A DNA stretch of 64,000 bases from a virus: positions 1 to 64,000 of the IMG/VR virus record IMGVR_UViG_3300028394_000057; one strand, written 5' to 3'. The notes under the pieces are model-generated. The model searched no databases, was not told the DNA's origin, and worked only from the letters and a program-made list of their open reading frames with translations. This document shows positions 33,504 to 43,801 of this stretch, in pieces. Positions within the stretch are counted from its first letter, which is position 1. Every line of letters begins with the position of its first letter. Made by a program: the position numbers and the translations under genes.

Positions 33504-34882
33504 TGATTACTTCAAAAGGACAAGAACTTATAACAAAAAAACTAGCATCTAACACACCATATGCAACACATATTGCATTAGGTTGCGGTGCAAGACCAAG
33601 AAACAAATTTAGCGTAAGCATATCATCAACAGAATCATCTACTGCTAATGCAACATCTGGGTATGCAAAAATAATTACATCTACAAACCACGATTTTCAG
33701 GTGGGGGATTATGTAAAAATATATAATACAGGTGGTAGTAATATTGCTAGTGCATATCTTGGAACTTGGTTAATAACAAGCATAACCTCGAACAGTTTTA
33801 AATTTGCTATTGGTAATAATACAGTAAGAGCATTGGCATCTCCAAGTCCATCTCCAAAAGTAATTTTAGATTTTTCAAATAAAACATCTTTAGATTTAGA
33901 AATGTTTAGAATTCCAATTACAACTTCAACTAGTTTTAGCGAAGATGGCATTAATAAAATTTTGTTTTCAGCAGATTTGCCAACAACCGAAAGGTATGAA
34001 ATTAGTGAAATTGGAATATTTTCACAGGTATCAGACTCAACATCACAAGTTAATAATAAAGTTTTGTATAGTTTTTTAAATACAGAAAGTTGGAAATATC
34101 ATTCTTCAACAGCAATAGAAGGAATTTTATTTAAAACTACTTTAATAAATACAGCATTGACTACAAATGATATAGTAATAACAGATAAAGCATTTCAAGC
34201 AAATGCAAATAATCTTTTATTTAATAATTCTATAAGAACTTTAAGGCAAGAACGACCAAGATTTTATAATAATTCTTATTTTTTATATGGGGACACCTCT
34301 AATTTAGTAGTTAATGGTTCGGGAACTAGCATGAGATTAACTCCAACTTCAACAACAAATCATATAGAAATAATTGATAATTCTCTTTCCCAATTAGATA
34401 AAGCATCATCAAATGATGAAATAAAGTTTGCACTATCAATAGTTAATAAAACACAAAGTGCCGCTGACCCAGATGAAATTAGAGTTTTGCTAGAATTTGC
34501 AACTATAGACGGTACTGGAAGTGCTACATCTGAATATAAATATAAAAGATTTCATGCAAAATTAACAAGCACTGAACAAGATTTTTCCAAAAACAGGTAC
34601 ATTGTTTTTACTAAAAAATTAAGTGAAATAGATAGTTCTGAAAGTTTTTCATGGGAACAAATAAAATTTGTAAAAATATATTCATCAATTATTAAAAGTA
34701 GTGCAATAAGCGGAGATTACCTTGCAGCATTTGATGCAATAACTTTTAATTTAACAACAAGTACAAATCCACTCTATGGTTTAAGTGCATATACTATAGT
34801 AAAAACTAGCGATAATTCAACTATTCCTAAAGAAGAAAATTCTCAACAATCAGTAGAATTTAAGTTTGGAATTGGAACTTAA
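33503..34882 (+). CDS. Minor tail/baseplate protein
   Basis: MITSKGQELI...HIALGCG...EISEIGIF pattern of tail-fibre-proximal proteins. Confidence 0.6.
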   Translation: MITSKGQELITKKLASNTPYATHIALGCGARPRNKFSVSISSTESSTANATSGYAKIITSTNHDFQVGDYVKIYNTGGSNIASAYLGTWLITSITSNSFKFAIGNNTVRALASPSPSPKVILDFSNKTSLDLEMFRIPITTSTSFSEDGINKILFSADLPTTERYEISEIGIFSQVSDSTSQVNNKVLYSFLNTESWKYHSSTAIEGILFKTTLINTALTTNDIVITDKAFQANANNLLFNNSIRTLRQERPRFYNNSYFLYGDTSNLVVNGSGTSMRLTPTSTTNHIEIIDNSLSQLDKASSNDEIKFALSIVNKTQSAADPDEIRVLLEFATIDGTGSATSEYKYKRFHAKLTSTEQDFSKNRYIVFTKKLSEIDSSESFSWEQIKFVKIYSSIIKSSAISGDYLAAFDAITFNLTTSTNPLYGLSAYTIVKTSDNSTIPKEENSQQSVEFKFGIGT

Positions 34883-34883
34883 A

Positions 34884-35462
34884 ATGGTAGATGTTGGAAT
34901 AAAAAAAATACAAATTACTGAATCAAGTCTGCCAGCAATTAGGGATACTGAAGAATATCTTTTAAGGTATAGGGTTAAAACTAACACAAATTCTTCTACT
35001 TGGTCTAAAGTTTACGTTGTTGGAAAATCTAACTCTATAGCGTCTTTAGTTGCCATAGAACCAATAAACCCTAGTATTTCACAAATAGATAACAACAACA
35101 AACTACAAGTATCTTGGACTATGCCAAATTCAATAAATTTAAATTATTTCGATGTTTATGTAAAATGGTACTACACAACAGAAATTCCAAACAATAATAC
35201 TCAAAATGCCACTGAATGGGTTAGGTATGATAAAGTAGTTTATTTATCAACAATTAATATAGATATACCCTCTACTGCAAAATGGTTTCAAATTGCGGTA
35301 ACTGCAGAAACATTTCCTAAATTTGTTAATCAAACAATACTTAGCGATAAAACAACATTTTTATTTCAAACAGAGTCGGGTGCTAATTTAAGAAGAAGGA
35401 CCCAAACTATTGATGGTGGGGGAACTGTTGGTGGAACCGCTGCTGGTGGAAATACTGGTTAA
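34884..35462 (+). CDS. Minor tail protein (Fn3-like)
   Basis: YLLRYRV...S-WS and LQVSW...FDVYVKW patterns. Confidence 0.5.
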   Translation: MVDVGIKKIQITESSLPAIRDTEEYLLRYRVKTNTNSSTWSKVYVVGKSNSIASLVAIEPINPSISQIDNNNKLQVSWTMPNSINLNYFDVYVKWYYTTEIPNNNTQNATEWVRYDKVVYLSTINIDIPSTAKWFQIAVTAETFPKFVNQTILSDKTTFLFQTESGANLRRRTQTIDGGGTVGGTAAGGNTG

Positions 35463-35509
35463 TGGATTAATTTTTAAAAACACTTTAATATTTATGTTAT
35501 AATATAAAT

Positions 35510-35944
35510 ATGACAAACATACCTATTCCCTCAACCAACCAGCCAATCGACTATGATTTTTTAAACACAATTGTCCAAACAATAAATTATCTTTCTGACG
35601 CTAATGCGATAGATAATGCAAATTCAATATCTGCAATTTTTAATCAGACTGTTGCATCTAATAAAGTAAAAGTTCTTGCATTAACAAATAATGTTGTTTC
35701 TGAAACCAAGAGTCAGCCAAATGTTATGGCTACTGTGCAAATTAGTTTTGGTTCAACAACTTTTAAGGGCAATCCTTTTGTGGTTGCAACACCAAGGGCT
35801 GTTAATAGTGCTAATTTTGCTGGATGCAGTTATTTTATCTCAAACCTTTCATCATCTGGATGTACAATAAACATTAAATGGCTTGTAGAAAAATCCAGCA
35901 TCAATATGTTTTTTGACGTTTTGGCTATTGGCGTTCCAGCATAA
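35510..35944 (+). CDS. Small tail fibre/lectin-like protein
   Basis: ISFG-TTF--NPFVVATP...SSSGCTI...VLAIG resembles H-type lectin/gp53-like domains. Confidence 0.55.
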   Translation: MTNIPIPSTNQPIDYDFLNTIVQTINYLSDANAIDNANSISAIFNQTVASNKVKVLALTNNVVSETKSQPNVMATVQISFGSTTFKGNPFVVATPRAVNSANFAGCSYFISNLSSSGCTINIKWLVEKSSINMFFDVLAIGVPA

Positions 35945-35947
35945 AGA

Positions 35948-36478
35948 ATGGCTGCTCAAACAATGGAGCAATACAATTCTGCTTCTGTAATTACAGGGAA
36001 TAAAAAGGTTTGGTTTCTTAATGGAAGCCTTGTTCGTGTATATCATATGAACAACTCTAATGGAATAATGTCTGTTTATAATATCATACTTGACCAGATA
36101 GAAAGTTGTTTAATTAGTGATTTTAAAAAGAATAGACAAAGAGCATATACCGTAGGAGAGGCTGCAAGCCTTGTTAACAGGCATAAAAAATATATGCCAC
36201 AATTAATGCTAAAAGGTATTATTCCCTTCCCTATGGGGTCACAGAAGGGCGGAGAGAGGGGCTGGCAGGTCCGTTCTTACTATTCTGAATCACAGGTAAG
36301 AGAAATTCGTGATATACTTGCTTCCTACCATCACGGTAGACCAAGAAAAGATAAACTAATAACCAACGATGTAACACCTACAAAGCAAGAGTTGACAAGG
36401 CGTATGGGCGATGGTATACTGGTATATACAAAGACAGAAGATGGCAGATTTGTGCCTATCTGGAATGAATCAATTTAG
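35948..36478 (+). CDS. MerR-like HTH DNA-binding protein
   Basis: AYTVGEAASLVNRH...RSYYSESQVREIRD. Confidence 0.65.
   Translation: MAAQTMEQYNSASVITGNKKVWFLNGSLVRVYHMNNSNGIMSVYNIILDQIESCLISDFKKNRQRAYTVGEAASLVNRHKKYMPQLMLKGIIPFPMGSQKGGERGWQVRSYYSESQVREIRDILASYHHGRPRKDKLITNDVTPTKQELTRRMGDGILVYTKTEDGRFVPIWNESI
36392..36420 (+). promoter_or_regulatory. Intragenic SigA promoter for the replication block (TTGACA-N17-TATACT)
   Basis: Perfect -35, 17-bp spacer, extended -10 TGG. Confidence 0.65.
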
Positions 36479-36498
36479 TTCTTGAAAGGACAAACGGT

Positions 36499-36708
36499 AT
36501 GAATAATGATGAGACTAAGGTTACAGTAGGGCTAGGCTATACGCTTAATCTAGGTAACTTTCAATCACTCCGCATTGACTTATCTGTATCAGATAACAAG
36601 CGTGAGGGAGAAAATATAACAGATGCATTTGAACGTGTGTATGCTTTTGTTGAAACAAAGTTGGCTGAAAAAGTCAAGGAATCTGTAGAAGAGACAGAAA
36701 ATAAGTAA
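36499..36708 (+). CDS. Hypothetical protein
   Basis: 69-aa ORF with SD AAGGA; YTLNLGNFQSLRID motif. Confidence 0.65.
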   Translation: MNNDETKVTVGLGYTLNLGNFQSLRIDLSVSDNKREGENITDAFERVYAFVETKLAEKVKESVEETENK

Positions 36709-37016
36709 TGGCTGACCGCAAAGACCGCATGGCTTTGCTTAGTCGCTACAGTAAACTGCATACTGCAAAGTACCAAGAAAAGCCATCCCTAAATTTAAAT
36801 GTAGAGCAGTGGGCAGCAGATGCCTTGATTGCTTCTTATGGTATTCCCGAATGCTATGACCTGCTAGAATATTACTTTGATGTATCAGAAAATCCATCAT
36901 GGAAATACTTTGCAAATTATGCAGACAACATTGTTTACAAACGTAAACAAGTACAACAAGATTTAAAAGAACGCCAAGAGCGTAGACTGAAAGCGAAAGA
37001 GTGGCTAAATGAATAA
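36708..37016 (+). CDS. Hypothetical protein (possible helicase loader)
   Basis: Overlaps the helicase start; function inferred from position only. Confidence 0.55.
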   Translation: MADRKDRMALLSRYSKLHTAKYQEKPSLNLNVEQWAADALIASYGIPECYDLLEYYFDVSENPSWKYFANYADNIVYKRKQVQQDLKERQERRLKAKEWLNE

Positions 37017-38229
37017 CACAGAATCGAAACTAATCTCTGCTGTATTAGCAGACAAACAAGTGCACGTTTTGCTACAAGCAAATGTAGAAAACATACTAAG
37101 AACTCACAATGACATCTGGACATTCATTCGTAACTATTCAGAAGCCAATGGCACAGTGCCACCAACATCATTAGTTGTAGATAAATTTCGTGACTTTATT
37201 CCTGCCGAAGGTATTGGTGCCACCAAGTATCACCTAGAAGAACTACAGGCTGAGTTCCTGAATGATAGTCTAAAGGATGTTCTTAGGACTACCGCTTCAG
37301 ATGTTCAGGCAGGTCAGGGAACCAAAGCATTAGAAGACTTAATCCAGAAGACATCAGAACTAAAAAAGAATACAGCAGTTATCCGTGACATTGATGCCAC
37401 TGATATTGATTCTGCTGTTGCTTACTTTGAAAACCTTGCTCGTCAGAATGAACTAGGTTCGATTGGTATCAAAACTGGTTTGCCAGGATTTGACAACTAT
37501 CTTCCTGCTGGTATTACTCCAGGTCAGTTGGGTGTGTTTCTTGCTTATCCAGGAATTGGTAAGTCTTGGTTCGCTCTTTACATGGCAGTACAGGCATGGA
37601 AGCAGGGCAAGTCACCACTAGTAATATCACTCGAAATGTCAGAGACGGAGGTTCGTAACCGTGTGTTTGCTATCATGGGTGAAGGTCTTTGGTCACATCG
37701 CAAACTTAGCAATGGGCAGGTAGAGATTGATGACCTGAAGCGTTGGCACAAGAAAGAACTTGAGGGTAAGCCAGAATTTCATATCATCTCTAATGACAAC
37801 GGTGGAGAAGTAACTCCATCAGTTATTCGTGGTAAGATTGACCAATATAAACCTGACCTAGTTATTGTTGACTATCTACAGTTGATGTCTCCAAATCAGA
37901 AATCAGATAATGAGACTGTTCGTATGAAAAACCTTTCTCGTGAACTTAAATTGATGTCTATTGGTGAAGAGATTCCTATTATTGCTATCTCTTCTGCTAC
38001 ACCAGATGACGTTACTAAGTTAGATACAGTTCCTACTCTTGGTCAAACTGCTTGGTCACGCCAAATTGCGTACGATGCTGACTGGGTTCTTGCTCTTGGT
38101 CGTGCCACCAACTCAGACATTCTAGAGTGTGTGTTCCGTAAGAACCGTAATGGGTTTATGGGAGAATTCTTGGTTCAGGTTGATTTTGACAAAGGTTACT
38201 ATCGTTATAAGGATTTTGAAGATAACTAG
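37009..38229 (+). CDS. dnaB: DnaB-like replicative helicase
   Basis: AYPGIGKS Walker A; SLEM, IVDYLQLM, YDADWV and KNRNG motifs. Confidence 0.93.
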   Translation: MNNTESKLISAVLADKQVHVLLQANVENILRTHNDIWTFIRNYSEANGTVPPTSLVVDKFRDFIPAEGIGATKYHLEELQAEFLNDSLKDVLRTTASDVQAGQGTKALEDLIQKTSELKKNTAVIRDIDATDIDSAVAYFENLARQNELGSIGIKTGLPGFDNYLPAGITPGQLGVFLAYPGIGKSWFALYMAVQAWKQGKSPLVISLEMSETEVRNRVFAIMGEGLWSHRKLSNGQVEIDDLKRWHKKELEGKPEFHIISNDNGGEVTPSVIRGKIDQYKPDLVIVDYLQLMSPNQKSDNETVRMKNLSRELKLMSIGEEIPIIAISSATPDDVTKLDTVPTLGQTAWSRQIAYDADWVLALGRATNSDILECVFRKNRNGFMGEFLVQVDFDKGYYRYKDFEDN

Positions 38230-38241
38230 TTATAATAGAGT

Positions 38242-38586
38242 GTGGACAATATATATCACAGACCTATTAAGAACTTTACGTTTGACGGAATCATTAAGAA
38301 TGATGCCGCAATTGGTAGACTTCGCATAGAACTTGTGAGACTTAAAGCACTTGAGATGTGCGAGTTGGGGTATGTGCAAAGACTTGACATAGACCCACAA
38401 TTTACGATAAAATATAATAACGAAAAAGATTACTACGAATTTACATTAACAGTATATGGTACATACATAGGAAAGAATAAAGCATTATGGACAATAGGAA
38501 TAGACGGAACACAAATGGTTCCTACTCAAAGGAACAAATTAAGCGAGTTATTGCAGGGTCAGGCATCACAATCGAATCGGAAGTAG
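38242..38586 (+). CDS. Hypothetical protein
   Basis: 114-aa ORF; GTG 5 nt after TATAAT. Confidence 0.6.
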   Translation: MDNIYHRPIKNFTFDGIIKNDAAIGRLRIELVRLKALEMCELGYVQRLDIDPQFTIKYNNEKDYYEFTLTVYGTYIGKNKALWTIGIDGTQMVPTQRNKLSELLQGQASQSNRK

Positions 38587-39431
38587 ATTCTGATTATATT
38601 ATATTTTGTCCTTTCCATAATAACTATCGTTCACCTGCTGGTGAAGTAGATAAAAGTTCTGGACTATTCTTTTGTTTTTCCTGCCACCATGTTTGTGACC
38701 TAGCATCTTTAATTATGAATACCTCTGGCAGAACATACTTTGAGGCAGTTCGTTACATCAAGTCTAAAGAAACCGAGATTGACCTTTCTTATCAAATTAA
38801 TCAAACACTTGTAGAAAAGCCAGACTATATTCCATATGATGAATTACAAATTAAAAGATTAAATCAGCAAGCATTAGAATCCGCAAGAGCAACTAGATAC
38901 TATGATGGCAGATTAATTAATCAAACATCTATTAATAAGTTTCAACTCGGATTTTCTGAGAAACAAGATATGGTAACTATACCTGTACATTCCCCAGATG
39001 GAATTGCTGTGGGGTTTGTTGGTCGTTCTATTGAGGGTAAAGATTTCAAGAATACCCCAGGACTTCCAAAAGCAAAAACTTTATTTAACATACATCGTGT
39101 CAAGACTGCTGGAAAAGTCTATGTAGTTGAATCATCATTTGATGCTATCCGTTTAGACCAATGTGGTTTTCCTGCGGTAGCAACATTGGGTGCAAACGTA
39201 TCCAATTTTCAAACAGACCTACTCGGAAAGTATTTCAATAACATAATTGTTATTGCTGATAATGATGAGGCTGGCGGTAATATGAAAGATAAGATAGTTG
39301 AACGTCTTGGCTCTCGTGTTAACGTAATTAAAATAGATAAACAATATAAGGATATTGGCGATATGTCTGACGAAGCAATAAAAAATATTGATGAATCGTT
39401 TGACAAAACTATTGCTAGTATGCTAAACTAG
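38487..39431 (+). CDS. dnaG: DNA primase (CHC2 zinc finger + TOPRIM)
   Basis: CPFH...CFSC; VVESSFDA; DNDEAG; KDIGD. Confidence 0.92.
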   Translation: MDNRNRRNTNGSYSKEQIKRVIAGSGITIESEVDSDYIIFCPFHNNYRSPAGEVDKSSGLFFCFSCHHVCDLASLIMNTSGRTYFEAVRYIKSKETEIDLSYQINQTLVEKPDYIPYDELQIKRLNQQALESARATRYYDGRLINQTSINKFQLGFSEKQDMVTIPVHSPDGIAVGFVGRSIEGKDFKNTPGLPKAKTLFNIHRVKTAGKVYVVESSFDAIRLDQCGFPAVATLGANVSNFQTDLLGKYFNNIIVIADNDEAGGNMKDKIVERLGSRVNVIKIDKQYKDIGDMSDEAIKNIDESFDKTIASMLN

Positions 39432-39461
39432 TATACCGCTAAGAAAACATAAGGAGAAATT

Positions 39462-40115
39462 ATGAGCGTAATTAAAGGGCTAAAAGATATCGGTGCATTA
39501 ATGGATAAGCCAAAATATGAAAACAATGGTCAAAAAGTTCGCTGGGTAAAACTGGCTGACGGACAATCTGCAAGAGTTCGCTTTGTTGAAGAACTTGATA
39601 CAGATTCAGCAAACTACGATGAAAGTCGTGGTCTATCTGTGGTAATCGCAGAACACACTAATCCAAAGGATTACAAGCGTAAGGCAGTTTGTACAATTGA
39701 CTCTGAGGGTCGTTGCTATGGTTGTGAAATGGGTCGTAAAGAACCAAAGGGCGGATGGCGTTCACGTCTTCGCTGGTATGGTAACGTCATCATTGATGAT
39801 GGTACTGAAGCACCTTATGTGGCTGTATGGTCACAAGGTATTTCAAAGCAGTCTGCTTTCGGAAATCTCCGTGAGTATGCTATTGAGACTGGCTCTATCT
39901 CTAACCTAGAGTGGAAGATTAAGCGTAATGGTCAGGGAACTGAAACCAACTACACATTGCTTCCAACTAAGCCTGACACAGAACCATTCAAGTTCGATGG
40001 CATTGAGCCATTCAATCTTGAAAAGGTTGTTCGTGAAGTCGCTTATGCAGAGCAGGAGAATTTCTACTTCGGTTTTGATGCTCCATCTCTAACATCCAGC
40101 AACACTGACTGGTAA
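39462..40115 (+). CDS. Single-stranded DNA-binding protein (gp32-like, Zn-binding)
   Basis: H...C...CYGC, WKIKRNGQGTETNY and acidic C-terminus; between primase and polymerase. Confidence 0.75.
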   Translation: MSVIKGLKDIGALMDKPKYENNGQKVRWVKLADGQSARVRFVEELDTDSANYDESRGLSVVIAEHTNPKDYKRKAVCTIDSEGRCYGCEMGRKEPKGGWRSRLRWYGNVIIDDGTEAPYVAVWSQGISKQSAFGNLREYAIETGSISNLEWKIKRNGQGTETNYTLLPTKPDTEPFKFDGIEPFNLEKVVREVAYAEQENFYFGFDAPSLTSSNTDW

Positions 40116-40125
40116 AAATAAATGT

Positions 40126-40162
40126 AATGGGGGTAGACGATTCGCTCTCTGCCCCCATTCTT
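40126..40162 (+). terminator. Hairpin (terminator/attenuator) between SSB and dnaE
   Basis: aatgggggtaga...tctgcccccatt. Confidence 0.65.
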
Positions 40163-40188
40163 CATCTCTAACTTAAGGAAAATTTTAT

Positions 40189-43100
40189 ATGAGTTATGCT
40201 GGACTGCACGTTCACACTCACTACTCGCTATTTGATGGAATAGCAACACCACAAGAATATGTGGACAGGGCAATCGAAATTGGAATGCCAGCCATCGCAA
40301 TCACAGACCACGGTTCGCTATCTGGACATCGTGAAATGTATCGTACCGCTATTGAAAAGGGTATAAAACCAATTCTTGGTGTTGAAGGATATATTGCACA
40401 AGACCGCTTTGACCAGAGAGATAAAACAGAGCGTGAAGACACACCACTAAACCCTGTATACAATCACTTAATTATTCTTGCTAAGAATGAAAAAGGTCTA
40501 GAGAATCTAAACAAACTAAATGAGATTGCTTGGACTGAGGGTTTCTATAAGAAGCCTCGTATGGATTGGGAATCTCTAGAAAAATATAAAGAAGGACTTA
40601 TCATTACTTCTGGATGTCTATCTGGTTTCTTGGCTAAGGCTATTGAAGCAGATGACCTTGCTGCTGCTAAAGAACATTTGCAGTGGGCTAAGAAAACATT
40701 TGGCGATGACTACTACATTGAAGTTATGCCACACAATCCACCAGAGATTAATAAAACTATTCTTGCTCTTGCAGATGAGTTTGGTATCAAGCCTATCGTT
40801 ACTCCAGATTGTCACCACGCTAGTCCAGAACAGCGTGAGATTCAGGAACTTAAACTAATCCTAAATACTTATTCAAACAAAGTTCAGAAAGATGCAAACT
40901 TTGCTGGTACTCAAAAGTATGACAACCTTATGGATAAGTTAGATTACTTGTATGGGGCTGACCGTCAGATTACTTTTAGAGATTATGAAATTCATTTGCT
41001 TTCTGATGAAGAGATGCACAAGTCTATGGAATCGCAGGGTATTGTAAGACAAGATATGTATGATAATACTATTGAGATTATGAACAAGGTTGAAGATTAC
41101 AATATCAAAGACCACTTAGACTTGCTACCAGCACAGTATCAGAATCCAGACCAAGAACTTTATGAACTTGCTATGGAGGGTTTGGTTGCTCGTGGTGTAG
41201 GTGCTGACCCTGCATATCACATTAGGGCTGAAGAAGAACTTCAAATCATTAAGGATAAAAACTTTGCTCCTTACTTCCTAGTTGTTCGTAACATGATTAA
41301 CTGGGCTAAGAAAGAAGGCATTATGGTTGGTCCAGGACGTGGTTCGTCTGCTGGTTCTCTAGTTTGTTATGCGTTAGGGATTACTGATATTGACCCTATT
41401 GAGCATGGTCTTCTTTTCTTCCGTTTTATCAATCCAGAACGTAATGACTTTCCAGATATTGATACAGATATTCAAGATTCAAGACGTGAAGATGTCAAAG
41501 ATTATCTAGTTAGACAGTATAGGCATGTTGCTTCTATTGCCACATTCCTTGAGTTCAAGGGTAAAGGTATGATTAGAGATATTGCTCGTGTGTTAAACAT
41601 TCCACTACCAGATGTGAACAAGGTTCTCAAACTGGTTGATGACTGGGATGATTATTTAAGGTCTAAGTCTACTCAGGAGTTCCGTGAGAAGTATCCAGAG
41701 ATTGAACTTTATGGTGAACAAATGCGTGGTCGTATTCGTGGTACTGGTATTCACGCTGCTGGTGTAGTTACTGCTAAAGAGCCTATCTTTAAGTATGCAC
41801 CACTAGAGACTAGAACAACTCCAGGTAGCAAGGAACGTATTCCAGTAGTAGCAGTAGACATGGAAGAAGCAGAACGTATTGGTCTAATTAAGATTGATGC
41901 TTTGGGTCTTAAGACTTTATCTGTTATTCAGGATACTTTGGCTATCATTAAGGAACGTACTGGTACTGATGTTGACTTATATAAACTAGATATGAAAGAT
42001 GCAAATGTATATCGCATGCTTTCTGATGGCTATACCAAGGGCGTATTCCAATGTGAAGCAACACCTTATACTAACTTGCTTGTTAAAATGGGTATCAAAA
42101 ACTTTTCAGAACTTGCTGCTTCTAACGCTTTGGTTCGTCCAGGTGCTATGAATACAATTGGTAAAGATTATGTTGCTCGTAAACATGGTAAGCAAAATAT
42201 TGATTACAAGCATGAAGTGTTAAAAGCATTCACACAAGAAACCTATGGATGTATTCTATATCAGGAACAGGTTATGCTTGCCTGTGTGGAACTTGGTGGA
42301 ATGACAATGGCTGAAGCGGATAAGGTTCGTAAGATTATTGGTAAGAAGAAAGATGCTAAAGAATTTGATGTGTTCAAAGACAAGTTCGTTGCTGGTGCTT
42401 CTAGATTCTTAACTCCAAATGCTGCTCAAGACCTTTGGCATGACTTCGAAGCCCACGCTGGATACTCGTTTAACAAGTCTCACGCTGTGGCTTACTCAAC
42501 AGTTTCTTACTGGACTGCATGGCTAAAGCACAATTATCCTATTGAGTTTATGTATTCATTGCTCAAGAATGAAAGTGATAAAGATGCTCGTACTGAATAT
42601 TTGATTGAAGCAAAACGTATGGGTATTCCTGTTCGCTTGCCACACATCAACGAATCAGATGTTGATTTTAAAATCGAGGGTAAAGGAATTCGCTTTGGAC
42701 TATCATCTATTAAGTTTATTAGTGATAACATTGCTAATAAGTATCTTGCCGCTAGACCTTTTGGTTCTTACAAAGAACTAGAAGAGTTTACATTTGGTAA
42801 GGGCAATGGTGTTAACAGTCGTGCATTACAGGCTCTACGCCTTGTAGGAGCCGCTACTTTTGAAGACCAACCTAGAAACGATGAAGAAGTTCGTGAGAAC
42901 CTTTACGAGTATCTTAACCTACCAGAATTTAATACATCAATTCCACAACACTATCACGCATTCATTAATGACGTGGAAGAGTACGAAGAAAAGGGTGCAT
43001 ACATTCTAATGGGGATGATTAAGAACATCAAGCGTGGTGATGGCTGGTCAAGAGTAGAACTACTAGATAAAACTGGTAGCACTGGAATCTTTGATGAAGC

Positions 43101-43470
43101 AAACACAACTATTGAAGCAGGTAAGACCTATATAGTTCTTGCAAGTGATAATAGAATTGTTACTGCTATTCCAGCAGATGAAACTAAAGGTAATTTGTCT
43201 GGGCTAATTAAGATTCTTAACTATCGTCAGTTGCCATACAAAGATGATGAACTATTTGTAGTGTCATTTAAGCCAAGGGTAACTAAGGCTGGTAAAAAGA
43301 TGGCTTCTCTCGTTCTGGCAGACACTAATCGTGATATGCACAGCGTAACAGTATTTCCAACAGCATTCCCAAGGGCTTACATGAAGATTGATGAAGGAAA
43401 TGTGTATAAATTCTCTTTAGGTAAAACTAAAGATGGAACAACAATTATGGAAGATGTAGAAAATGTTTGA
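40189..43470 (+). CDS. dnaE: DNA polymerase III alpha subunit
   Basis: PHP domain HVHTHYS/TDHG; GPGRGSSAGS, PDIDTD, HAAGVV, KIDALGL, YSFNKSH. Confidence 0.96.
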   Translation: MSYAGLHVHTHYSLFDGIATPQEYVDRAIEIGMPAIAITDHGSLSGHREMYRTAIEKGIKPILGVEGYIAQDRFDQRDKTEREDTPLNPVYNHLIILAKNEKGLENLNKLNEIAWTEGFYKKPRMDWESLEKYKEGLIITSGCLSGFLAKAIEADDLAAAKEHLQWAKKTFGDDYYIEVMPHNPPEINKTILALADEFGIKPIVTPDCHHASPEQREIQELKLILNTYSNKVQKDANFAGTQKYDNLMDKLDYLYGADRQITFRDYEIHLLSDEEMHKSMESQGIVRQDMYDNTIEIMNKVEDYNIKDHLDLLPAQYQNPDQELYELAMEGLVARGVGADPAYHIRAEEELQIIKDKNFAPYFLVVRNMINWAKKEGIMVGPGRGSSAGSLVCYALGITDIDPIEHGLLFFRFINPERNDFPDIDTDIQDSRREDVKDYLVRQYRHVASIATFLEFKGKGMIRDIARVLNIPLPDVNKVLKLVDDWDDYLRSKSTQEFREKYPEIELYGEQMRGRIRGTGIHAAGVVTAKEPIFKYAPLETRTTPGSKERIPVVAVDMEEAERIGLIKIDALGLKTLSVIQDTLAIIKERTGTDVDLYKLDMKDANVYRMLSDGYTKGVFQCEATPYTNLLVKMGIKNFSELAASNALVRPGAMNTIGKDYVARKHGKQNIDYKHEVLKAFTQETYGCILYQEQVMLACVELGGMTMAEADKVRKIIGKKKDAKEFDVFKDKFVAGASRFLTPNAAQDLWHDFEAHAGYSFNKSHAVAYSTVSYWTAWLKHNYPIEFMYSLLKNESDKDARTEYLIEAKRMGIPVRLPHINESDVDFKIEGKGIRFGLSSIKFISDNIANKYLAARPFGSYKELEEFTFGKGNGVNSRALQALRLVGAATFEDQPRNDEEVRENLYEYLNLPEFNTSIPQHYHAFINDVEEYEEKGAYILMGMIKNIKRGDGWSRVELLDKTGSTGIFDEANTTIEAGKTYIVLASDNRIVTAIPADETKGNLSGLIKILNYRQLPYKDDELFVVSFKPRVTKAGKKMASLVLADTNRDMHSVTVFPTAFPRAYMKIDEGNVYKFSLGKTKDGTTIMEDVENV

Positions 43471-43801
43471 TGAAGTAGCAAAAGAACTGCACGAAGCCGC
43501 AGTAGAAAAAGGTTTTTGGGGCATTGCCTATAACAATGATGACAAGGAATCCTTGGATATATTTATGACTAAACAACTAATGATGATTGTGTCAGAGGCG
43601 GTAGAGGTTATGGAAGCAATTCGAAAGTCCAAAGGACCAGAAGAAGTAGCAGATGAAATGGCTGACATTATTATTCGCACTCTTGACTTGTACGCAGGTC
43701 TCCGTGAGTTTGAGTATGTCAATGGTAGCCTTGACGATGCTTTTGAAAAGAAGACTGGCTACAATAAGTCTAGACCAGAAAGACATGGGGTTCGTTTCTA
43801 A
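43463..43801 (+). CDS. MazG-like nucleotide pyrophosphohydrolase
   Basis: SEAVEVMEAIRK...EEVADEMADIIIR. Confidence 0.85.
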   Translation: MFDEVAKELHEAAVEKGFWGIAYNNDDKESLDIFMTKQLMMIVSEAVEVMEAIRKSKGPEEVADEMADIIIRTLDLYAGLREFEYVNGSLDDAFEKKTGYNKSRPERHGVRF

